Source: an uncultured Anaerolinea sp.
GTDB lineage: Bacteria > Chloroflexota > Limnocylindria > Limnocylindrales > CSP1-4
Direction: 5' to 3'
NCBI GenBank assembly: GCA_964580175.1
Contig: CAZOJS010000250.1
Location: 1-49,284, forward strand
DNA length: 49,284 nucleotides
Below are positions 32,565-40,146 of the stretch, piece by piece; the first letter of the stretch is position 1; every line of letters begins with the position of its first letter. The notes below the pieces were generated by a model. That model was not told where the DNA came from. It was given only the letters and a program-made list of their open reading frames with translations, and did no database searches. The translations under genes and the position numbers were made by a program.

Positions 32565-32752
32565 TCTCGAAAACTAGTGGATAAAGCCCCTTCCGTCGCC
32601 CTGGGCCCGCCCGTAGATTAGGTCTTGCCCGAAGGGGCCCCAAACGATCGGTGGACCCACCCGTGCTTGCACAGGTCCCGCCCCGGAGCTTGCTCTGGTG
32701 GCGGAGGGGACACAGGTCGAGAGGCGGTTCCTTCGGGCGTTTTGCTGTCCCC
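32565..32752 (+). repeat. Copy B of the tandem element, directly upstream of the PLP-enzyme start
   Basis: Same blocks as copy A. Ends 5 nt before an AGGA Shine-Dalgarno and 16 nt before GTG 32769. Confidence 0.5.
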
Positions 32753-32768
32753 AGCACAGGATGTGACC

Positions 32769-33752
32769 GTGCCGTTCAGCGCCCGACACGATCCCGAGCT
32801 CGAAGTCGATGCGATCCGGTCTGCCCACCAGCGGATCCATCCAGCCTTCCGGAACAGCCCGCAATTCGTTCACGAAGGCCTGTCTGACCTGGCCGGGATC
32901 GACGTCGTCCTGAAGGTCGAGACGGTGAACCCGATCCGCGCGTTCAAGGGACGCGGCACCTGGCTTGCCATCGCGGGCCTGGCAGGGGAGGGGAGCATCG
33001 GGCCCGATCGGGCGGTCGTGGCCGCGTCGACCGGAAACTTCGGTCAGGGCGTGGCATTTGCTGCGCGCGCGCACGGCGCCGCGGCCGTCATCTTTGCCGA
33101 CGAGCACGCGAATCCCACCAAGCTCGACCGCATTCGAACTTTTGGCGCGACCGTCATCCAGCAGGGGAGGGACTTCGATGCAGCCCGAGAGGCGTCGGAG
33201 GCCTACGCGGCCAGCCACGGTGCGTTCCTGCTGCTCGACGGGGCCGATGCGCGCGTGGCGGCCGGCGCCGCGACCCTGGCTCTCGAGGTAACGGATGGCG
33301 TGGCCGCCGGTGCCCTGCCAGCACTCACAACGGCGTATGTCCCGCTCGGAAACGGTGCCTTGATCGTTGGCGTCGGCGCCTGGCTGCGCCACGCTGCCCC
33401 GAAGTGTCGAATCGTTGGCATTGCAGCGTCAGAAGCGCCGTCGATGGTCCTGTCCTGGGATGCCGGCAAGCTAGTTGAGACGCCGGAATCCGCCACCTAC
33501 GCCGAGGGCATTGCCTGCCGGGTGCCCATCCCAGAAGCGCTCGACATGATGGTCGGGCGCGTCGACGAGCTTCTGCTCGTGTCCGAGGCGGAGCTGCATG
33601 CGGCCGAGGCGCAACTGACAGCGGCGACCGGCATTACAGCGGAAGGCGCTGCGGCAGCCTCCTGGGCGGGCATGCTGGCCGACAGCCGCCGAGATGGCCC
33701 GGCCCTGGTCATCCTGACCGGCAGCAACGTTGCGACCCCGGCACGATCCTAG
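32769..33752 (+). CDS. PLP-dependent threonine/serine dehydratase-family enzyme
   Basis: PLP lysine in NPIRAFKGRG, STGNFGQGVAFAA, fold-type II pattern. GTG 32769 has AGGA 7 nt upstream (GTG 32763 is an alternative). Confidence 0.85.
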   Translation: MPFSARHDPELEVDAIRSAHQRIHPAFRNSPQFVHEGLSDLAGIDVVLKVETVNPIRAFKGRGTWLAIAGLAGEGSIGPDRAVVAASTGNFGQGVAFAARAHGAAAVIFADEHANPTKLDRIRTFGATVIQQGRDFDAAREASEAYAASHGAFLLLDGADARVAAGAATLALEVTDGVAAGALPALTTAYVPLGNGALIVGVGAWLRHAAPKCRIVGIAASEAPSMVLSWDAGKLVETPESATYAEGIACRVPIPEALDMMVGRVDELLLVSEAELHAAEAQLTAATGITAEGAAAASWAGMLADSRRDGPALVILTGSNVATPARS

Positions 33753-33819
33753 GGCCTGATGTCGAGGGAACCCGAGTTGCTCCCAGGCAGCTCGATCGTG
33801 GTGGAAGGGAGGATTAGTA

Positions 33820-33856
33820 GACTAACCTTGACTAACCAGACTGGTCGGTCTAGGGT
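33820..33856 (+). promoter_or_regulatory. Candidate promoter/operator of TA module 1
   Basis: Direct repeats GACTAACC at 33820 and 33830 (10-bp phase). TTGACT (33828) -17 nt- TAGGGT (33851), ending 6 nt before ATG 33863. Confidence 0.35.
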
Positions 33857-33862
33857 TCCTCC

Positions 33863-34102
33863 ATGGGAGAATCCGTCAACATCCACCAAGCCAAGACGCA
33901 TCTTTCACGACTTGTCGAGCGGGTGGAGGCAGGGGAGGAGATCGTAATCGCGCGCGGCGGCCGGCCCGTGGCCAGGCTGGTGCCGCTCGGCCGTCAGACT
34001 CGACCACGCGAGCTCGGGACCCTGCGCGACAAGATCTGGCTCGCGCCGGATTGGGACTCCCCGGAGCTCAACGAAGAAATCGCGCGCGACTTCGAGGCAT
34101 GA
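33863..34102 (+). CDS. Type II antitoxin, Phd/YefM family
   Basis: VNIHQAKTHLSRLVERVEAGEEIVIARGGRPVARLVP is the family-typical N-terminus. ATGA overlap with the toxin start. Confidence 0.85.
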   Translation: MGESVNIHQAKTHLSRLVERVEAGEEIVIARGGRPVARLVPLGRQTRPRELGTLRDKIWLAPDWDSPELNEEIARDFEA

Positions 34103-34476
34103 TCCTGATCCTGGATGCGCACGCCATCCTGTGGGCGGTCTCCGCGCCCGGATCGCTCACGAAGGAAGCCCGGAGCGCCATCGAAAGTCCGTCCAACGAC
34201 GTCGTGGTGTCGGTCGGGTCCGTGTGGGAGCTCGAGATCAAGCGCGCGCTCGGCAAGATCAGGATCGAGGTTGACCTGCTCGACGAGTTCGAGCGTGTGG
34301 GCTTCGACGTTCTGCCGATTACTGCCGCTGACGCTACAAGCGCGGCGCGGCTCCCACAGCACCATCGCGATCCGTTCGATCGCATGCTCATTGCACAGGC
34401 GCGTCGCCTCGGCGCCTTCGTCGTGACTCGTGACGTGATGTTCAACCGCTATGAGATCGACATCCTCGCAGCCTGA
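34099..34476 (+). CDS. vapC: Type II toxin, PIN-domain VapC family
   Basis: MILILDAHAILW, SVGSVWELEIK, HHRDPFDRMLIAQA. Acidic PIN residues present. Confidence 0.88.
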   Translation: MILILDAHAILWAVSAPGSLTKEARSAIESPSNDVVVSVGSVWELEIKRALGKIRIEVDLLDEFERVGFDVLPITAADATSAARLPQHHRDPFDRMLIAQARRLGAFVVTRDVMFNRYEIDILAA

Positions 34477-34717
34477 TCTTCCAGATCGCAGCAGACCCGT
34501 GGCATTCGTCGGTCCCTCAAGGCCTGGTGGCACCGCATGAACTACCGATAAGGTAAGTTATGTCTGCCGCCATCGAAAAGGTGATCAGTCTCTGGATGGA
34601 CCTTCTGGCTCCCATCCGCTAGACAACCCTAGTGGTCAACGTGGGGTCGATGGCCGCTCGCGGCTGATGCAACTCAGTCGGTTGACGTTGTGCGGCTGTT
34701 TGTGCGACCATCCGCAC

Positions 34718-34918
34718 ATGCCGACCAACCTGAATATCGACCCACGCCTCCTGGATCAGGCCGTCAAGGTGAGTGGTGAGCGCACGAAGACAGCCGCGGT
34801 CACGCGCGCCTTGCGCGAGTTCGTCGCTCGACATGAGCAGAAGCGGCTGGTGGAGCTCTTCGGCGCCTTGGATTGGGATCCGGCATACGACTACAAGGCA
34901 GATCGTTCGCGTTCGTGA
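34718..34918 (+). CDS. vapB: Type II antitoxin VapB (short type; by-eye resemblance to DUF2191)
   Basis: MPTNLNIDPRLLDQAVKVSGERTKTAAVTRALREFV. Start set at ATG 34718. Stop overlaps the toxin GTG (GTGA). Confidence 0.8.
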   Translation: MPTNLNIDPRLLDQAVKVSGERTKTAAVTRALREFVARHEQKRLVELFGALDWDPAYDYKADRSRS

Positions 34919-35319
34919 ATCTCTTTGTTGACACGAGCGTCTGGTCGCTGGCGCTACGACGTGACCAGACCAGTGGCCTGCCGAGTGTCCGGCGCTTGCG
35001 CGATGCCCTTGACAGCGCTGAGGGCGTCTTCACGACCGGGCTCGTGCTCCAGGAACTGCTCCAGGGTTTCCGAGGACCCAAAGCGCGCGACGCGATCGTT
35101 GATCGCTTTGCGTCGTTGCCGTTGCTCATCCCCGACAGGACCGACCATGTCGAGGCTGCCGAGTCACGGAACACGTGCCGTCGGAATGGGATCCAAGTCG
35201 GCACGATCGATGTGCTGCTCGCTCAGCTGTGCGTCCGCCACGACCTCGTCATGCTCTCGACCGACCGTGACTTCCCGCTCATGGCGCCACATGTCGGACT
35301 AACCATCTGGGAACCCTGA
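34915..35319 (+). CDS. vapC: Type II toxin, PIN-domain VapC family
   Basis: NLFVDTSVWSLALRR, LQELLQG, TIDVLLAQLC, STDRDF. Confidence 0.88.
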   Translation: MNLFVDTSVWSLALRRDQTSGLPSVRRLRDALDSAEGVFTTGLVLQELLQGFRGPKARDAIVDRFASLPLLIPDRTDHVEAAESRNTCRRNGIQVGTIDVLLAQLCVRHDLVMLSTDRDFPLMAPHVGLTIWEP

Positions 35320-35344
35320 CCATCGTGCGATCGAGCTCCGCGCC

Positions 35345-35500
35345 TCAGGGCCGGCGGACGGCGGTCGGGTGACGCCCAGTCGGCGGCGCCACGGGCGGTG
35401 ACGGTGCCAGGCTCGTCGTGAGGTAGTCGATCGTTGCGCGGAACTCGCGTGCAAGGTCGGAATTCGGACCGGAGTCGAGCAGCCAATCGATGACGGTCAT
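35345..35500 (-). pseudogene. 51-codon ORF coupled (ATGA) to the ester-cyclase stop, either a gene remnant or a small protein
   Basis: MTVIDWLLDSGPNS..., followed by a Pro/Ala-rich tail. GC-rich third positions. Ends 25 bp from the convergent vapC stop. Confidence 0.25.
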
Positions 35501-35928
35501 GTCCCCTGTCCAACCACGAGGCCCAGCTGCCGAACGATGGTCGTCGCGTCGTAGTAGTCGCGCCCTTCGACGACCATCCCGTCCGCCACACGCATTACGC
35601 TGCAATAGCGGACTTCCGATCGGCGACCCGTCGGCGGGAAGGTCCCGAGACTGGAGTGCAGCGGCCCGGTGTGCGTCCCGCGATTGATGTACTCCACAAC
35701 GGCCCAGTCGTCCTGGACGATCACGTTGAGGACCTTGCATTCGCCGTCCGGGAAGGCCTCCCGCCAGCGCTCGTAGTCGCGCTTGTAGCCCTCAGGCCCG
35801 GGCAGGAGCTCACTTCGAGCCATGTCTTCGAAGTGGCAGTCCGGGGCGATGACGGCCGCACCGCGCTCCGGATCGCGCAGATCCCACGATTCGTGGAAGA
35901 TCCGGACGATCCGCTCGGTTTCGTGCAT
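35497..35928 (-). CDS. SnoaL-like ester cyclase family protein
   Basis: GTHTGPL..FPPTGRRSEVRYCSVMRVADGMVVEGRDYYD fits the ester-cyclase pattern. ATG 35928 used (ATG 35949 is an alternative). Confidence 0.78.
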   Translation of the reverse strand: MHETERIVRIFHESWDLRDPERGAAVIAPDCHFEDMARSELLPGPEGYKRDYERWREAFPDGECKVLNVIVQDDWAVVEYINRGTHTGPLHSSLGTFPPTGRRSEVRYCSVMRVADGMVVEGRDYYDATTIVRQLGLVVGQGT

Positions 35929-36104
35929 CAGGGACTCCGTTCGAAGCATTCGCGCATCGGTTCGAAGTCTAGCCGCCCACCAAAGCCGCGGTGCAGCCGC
36001 GCTCACCAGCGAGTGCTCGACTTCCTGGCGCGCGTCTGACCCGTTGCTCTACGGGACGAGGCCGCCGCGCGAGCTCCGGGGCTCGTGGGTCGTCGGCGCG
36101 GCGG

Positions 36105-37274
36105 TCAGCCGACGCGGACGCGCACCGTGGCGAATCGTTCGGCGGCCGCCTCGATCATGGCATCGGACGCGGTCAGTGAGATGCGGAACCAGCCCGGCAT
36201 CTTGACCGTGGTCCCGGGCAGGATAAACAGGTCGGCGGCGGCCATTCGCGCCACGAAGGCCTCATCGTCGGGATCGGGACTGCGAGCCATGATGTAGAAC
36301 GTGCCCTCCGGCGTCGTGGGCTGGTAGCCGTGTTCCTCGAGGACCGCAACAAGCCGGTCTCGTCGCCGTTCGATGGCTCGGAGATCGATGCACAGGTGGG
36401 CGAAGTCCGGCAATGCGCGCTGGAGGACATTGTTCGGAAAGCCGAAGCTGTTCACGAAGCGCGTCACCGTCGCCGCTGCTCGGAGGGGCTCGGGATCCGG
36501 GATCCACGGTGAGATCGCCAGGTAGCCGATCCGCTGCCCGGGTGCCAGGAGCTGCTTCCCATACGAGTACAGGACGAGGGTGTGCTCATAGTGCTCGGCC
36601 GGGCTTGGTGCCCGCCGTCCGTCGAAGACGATGAGCCGGTAGGCCTCATCGCTCAGCAGGTAGATCGGCCGGCCGAAGCGGGCCGATGCAGCACGGAGAA
36701 CCTCGGCGATCCCGTCGAGCTCTCCGGCATCGAGGATCCGCCCGGATGGGTTGTGCGGCGTGTTGATGAGCACCGCCCGGGTCCGCGGCGTGATCGCGGC
36801 CGCAAGCTGCGCCGGGTCCGGCGAGAACCGCGGCGCCTCGAGGGCCAGGACAACCGGGACCGCCTCCGCCCCGCGGACGAGGATGTCGTAGAAAAACCAC
36901 GGCGGGTCGTAGTAGATGACCTCGTCGCCTGGCTCGGTGAGCATGCGGAGCGCCAGCGCGATGGCGCCCCAGCCGCCGGTGGTCATCGCGACGTCCTCGG
37001 CGAGCCATGCCATCCCGGTGTGGGCCGACAGATCGGCTGCGACGACGGCAGTCGCCGCCGGGTGGTCGAACATGTACGCGTACCACGATGGATCCTGCGG
37101 CTCGGCGTGACGACGGACGGCCTCCACGAACGCGGGGATCGGCATGTCGTGCGGGTTCCCGAACAGGAGGTCCATCACGCCGGGCCTTCCGGCGCGGGCG
37201 TTGTGGGGCGACCCGGCGTACCACGCGTAGAAGGGCAGGCTCGCCTGCAGGGTCCCGATCCGATCCTGGGTCAT
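36105..37274 (-). CDS. PLP-dependent aminotransferase, class I/II
   Basis: INTPHNPSGR, YLLSDEAY, PLP lysine in YSYGKQLLAPGQRIGY. Confidence 0.85.
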   Translation of the reverse strand: MTQDRIGTLQASLPFYAWYAGSPHNARAGRPGVMDLLFGNPHDMPIPAFVEAVRRHAEPQDPSWYAYMFDHPAATAVVAADLSAHTGMAWLAEDVAMTTGGWGAIALALRMLTEPGDEVIYYDPPWFFYDILVRGAEAVPVVLALEAPRFSPDPAQLAAAITPRTRAVLINTPHNPSGRILDAGELDGIAEVLRAASARFGRPIYLLSDEAYRLIVFDGRRAPSPAEHYEHTLVLYSYGKQLLAPGQRIGYLAISPWIPDPEPLRAAATVTRFVNSFGFPNNVLQRALPDFAHLCIDLRAIERRRDRLVAVLEEHGYQPTTPEGTFYIMARSPDPDDEAFVARMAAADLFILPGTTVKMPGWFRISLTASDAMIEAAAERFATVRVRVG

Positions 37275-37343
37275 GTCTGCGCTCCCTGTCCGCGTGGTTG
37301 AGCTGCCATGCTACCGCCCGCGGCGGCGGTGTCTCGGGCGCGG

Positions 37344-37892
37344 TCAGCCGGGCACGGCCGCGGGGTCGTCGCGCCGGAGCAGGAGGCCGAGGACGACTTT
37401 CCAGGCGCCGACATCGGCATCCCGGGAGCCCGCGAGTCCCGCGAACACCTGCGCGATGTGGTCGAGGTCGTGGACTGCCCACGTCGCGAGCAGCTCCCGC
37501 AGAGTCACCTCGCCGAGGACCGCGTGCAGGCCGCGCCGGTCGAGGTCGGCGGTGGTCACCGTCGCCTGAAACTGTGCGAGGTTGTCGCTGCGGAGCTGGG
37601 CGAAGCGCTCAACCAGCTCGTCGAGCGACGCGTTGCGGTCCCGCTCGGTGTGGGCGAACCGATCGAACGGGTCGAATGCCAGGGCCGGACCGTGCTCCAG
37701 GATCCGCCGTACCCGCGGCATCCAATCGTCGAGCTCGGCGCTGATGAGGTGGCCGACGACGTCCTGGGGCCGCCAACCCTCGGCCGTGTCGGGCGTCTGC
37801 GTCCAGGAGTCGGGCAGGCCCGCGAGGAGCGTCCGGAGCAGCTCCGGCGTCCGTCGCAGCAGATTCATCGTGTCGCCCAGGAATTCGCTCAT
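37344..37892 (-). CDS. DinB-family protein
   Basis: DVVGHLI...HDLDHIAQV four-helix DinB pattern. Start set at ATG 37892. Confidence 0.78.
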   Translation of the reverse strand: MSEFLGDTMNLLRRTPELLRTLLAGLPDSWTQTPDTAEGWRPQDVVGHLISAELDDWMPRVRRILEHGPALAFDPFDRFAHTERDRNASLDELVERFAQLRSDNLAQFQATVTTADLDRRGLHAVLGEVTLRELLATWAVHDLDHIAQVFAGLAGSRDADVGAWKVVLGLLLRRDDPAAVPG

Positions 37893-37941
37893 GGGGGCGA
37901 TTGTATTGCCCTCGACGCCTAGGCCGGACCGCAGCGCACGC

Positions 37942-38922
37942 TCAGCCAGTAACGATGACCTTGCCGCGGGCGTGACCCTCGTCGAGGTAGCGGAGCGCTT
38001 CGATAACCTGGCTGAGCGGAAAGCGCCGATCGATGTGCGGCGCGAGCTTGCCGGCCGCAATGAGGGCGGTCACGGTCTCGACGTCGGCCGCCTTGAATGG
38101 GGACCACCAGAGGAGCAGGCCAGACCAGCGGTCACTGAACCTCGAGATCAGCGGGCCGAGGAGCATGGCCACCAGGATCGTGAACGCAGAGCCGCCGAGC
38201 GTCACGTAGGCACCACCCGGCCTGAGCGCACGCCGCGCCCGGAGGATCGAATGATGAGACTCAGCATCGACGATCCAGTCGTAGCGTTCGCCTGTCTTCG
38301 TGTAGTCAACCTCCGTGTAGTCAATGACGTGATCGACCCCGAGGGACCGTACGAAGTCGACCTTTGCGGTTCGGCAGACGCCGGTGACCTCGGCCCCCAT
38401 CGACTTCGCGATCTGGACGGCGAACGGCCCAACGTTGCCCGACGCGCCATCGATCAAGACCCGGTCGCCGGGCTTGATGGTACGGCCGTCGCGAAGCCGA
38501 AGCGCCTGGAGCCCCAGGATCGCCGAGTGTGGAAGCGCGGCCGCGACCTCGAATGACATGTCTGGTGGAATCGGCTGGAGGGCCTTCTCGCGTGGGCACA
38601 CGTACTCCGCAAACGCGCCCTGCCCATAGGAATACAAGTCTCCAAAGACCCGATCGCCCACCTGGAACCGGGTTGCCGAGGGTCCCAGGGTCTCGACGAC
38701 GCCGGCGACATCAAGGCCGATCCGCGCGTTCTTCGGGGATCGCAGGCCGGTGAAGAGGCGAACGAATCCCGGTTTGGGCGCAAGTCCATCCAGATCTGCC
38801 CGGTTGACCGACGCGGCCACGACGCGGACGAGCACGCGGTCCTCGGTGGCGGTGGGTCGATCGACCTCGCGGAGCTCGAGAACATCGAGTGAGCCGTAGC
38901 GCTCCTGGATTGCCGCCAGCAT
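37942..38922 (-). CDS. NAD(P)-dependent quinone oxidoreductase / MDR-family alcohol dehydrogenase
   Basis: VRVVAASVNRADL, IDGASGNVGPFAVQIAK (Rossmann fold). Confidence 0.85.
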   Translation of the reverse strand: MLAAIQERYGSLDVLELREVDRPTATEDRVLVRVVAASVNRADLDGLAPKPGFVRLFTGLRSPKNARIGLDVAGVVETLGPSATRFQVGDRVFGDLYSYGQGAFAEYVCPREKALQPIPPDMSFEVAAALPHSAILGLQALRLRDGRTIKPGDRVLIDGASGNVGPFAVQIAKSMGAEVTGVCRTAKVDFVRSLGVDHVIDYTEVDYTKTGERYDWIVDAESHHSILRARRALRPGGAYVTLGGSAFTILVAMLLGPLISRFSDRWSGLLLWWSPFKAADVETVTALIAAGKLAPHIDRRFPLSQVIEALRYLDEGHARGKVIVTG

Positions 38923-39033
38923 CAGTGCCTCCCCTGATCGACTGTGATCGAGTCGTGAGGATACGGGAATGAGCTGCGCACTCGTCGTCGCGTCGCCGCG
39001 GCCCCGACCGGGACGAACACCCCGGGTCGCGGT

Positions 39034-39960
39034 TCAGGCGCCATTCGTAACCGGGAGTCGCGGTCGGCCTCTTGAACGGGCAACGACGACACCACCGATG
39101 CAGAGCGCCCCGCCGGCGATTGCGACGACGGGCGGCACCTCGGCCAGCATGATCCAGCCGAGGACGATGGCGATCGGCGGGACGAGGTAGGTCGTGGATC
39201 CGAGTCGGCCTGCGGGCGTGTGGCTGAGCGCGTAGGCCCAGGTGGTGAATGCGATCGAGGTCGGGAAGAGGCCAAGGTACACGAGCCAGGCGGTCATCCC
39301 GATCGGTGCGGCGGCCAGCTCCGTGACGAGCGTTGGCGCGAATGGCAGGCACACGATGGCCCCGGTCAGGCACGCGATCCACGTCACCTGGAGCGCGGGC
39401 ACGTTTCGCAGTGCGGGCTTCTGCAGGGTCACGCCGACGGCGTATGCGAGGGCCGCGAGGAGACAGAGCACGATCCCCCACTGCGCCTCGGCACCCGAGG
39501 CGCCCTCGCCGGCCGCGGCCGAGGTCGCGACCCCGATGACGACGGCCCCGGCGAATGCGATCGCGATCCCCGCGAGGAGCCGCGACGGCATCCTCTCGCC
39601 GAGGAAGAACCCCGCGAACAGGACGATGAAGATGGGCCCAACGTTCGTGAGCATCGAGGCCGTGCCCGCGTCGACGGTCCGCTCCGCTTCGTTGAGGACG
39701 AGGTTGTAGAAGGCGAACCAGGCGATGCCGGACCCGATGATCAGGGCGAGATCGCGGCGTGTCGGCGTGCGCCAGCCGCGAACGGCTACCAGGATCCCGA
39801 GCACTGCGCTCCCGATCAGCAACCGGCCCAGGGCGATCGAGCCGGGCCCGAAGGCACTCGCGGCATCGCGGATTCCAACGAATGCGGACGCCCACAGGAC
39901 CACCGTCACGAGCGCGGCGGCCATCGCCAGCCGCTCTACCCTTGGATTAGGACGCTGCAT
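39034..39960 (-). CDS. EamA/DMT-family transporter
   Basis: About ten TM helices with a duplicated EamA pattern (VVLWASAFVGIR...). Confidence 0.85.
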   Translation of the reverse strand: MQRPNPRVERLAMAAALVTVVLWASAFVGIRDAASAFGPGSIALGRLLIGSAVLGILVAVRGWRTPTRRDLALIIGSGIAWFAFYNLVLNEAERTVDAGTASMLTNVGPIFIVLFAGFFLGERMPSRLLAGIAIAFAGAVVIGVATSAAAGEGASGAEAQWGIVLCLLAALAYAVGVTLQKPALRNVPALQVTWIACLTGAIVCLPFAPTLVTELAAAPIGMTAWLVYLGLFPTSIAFTTWAYALSHTPAGRLGSTTYLVPPIAIVLGWIMLAEVPPVVAIAGGALCIGGVVVARSRGRPRLPVTNGA

Positions 39961-40146
39961 CCCTGGACCTCATCTGGACGCTGGAATCGGGTCACGCACA
40001 TAAGAACACAGGTCGGGCCCGCCTGGCAGGCCGGTTCGTGGAAAAGTTTTGAACCATTGCCGACCTCGGGACGCCCATACTCATGGAGGGATCTGCCGAC
40101 CTGACCGGCCTTGGGGCGGGGGGCGGCGAGTGGAGGTGAGCCGGAC

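Noticed and set aside
32160-32621. 153-aa ORF (and the 72-aa ORF at 32221-32439) inside the 645-bp region
   Set aside because: Third-position GC is irregular, falling toward the 3' half. There is no Shine-Dalgarno, and the composition is Gly/Arg/Pro-rich. The frame runs straight through both repeat copies, whose conservation pattern (blocks plus indels not in multiples of three) is not protein-like.
34560-34622. 20-codon ORF (MSAAIEKVISLWMDLLAPIR) in the spacer between the TA modules
   Set aside because: It is too short to support from sequence alone, and only a weak AAGG lies upstream.
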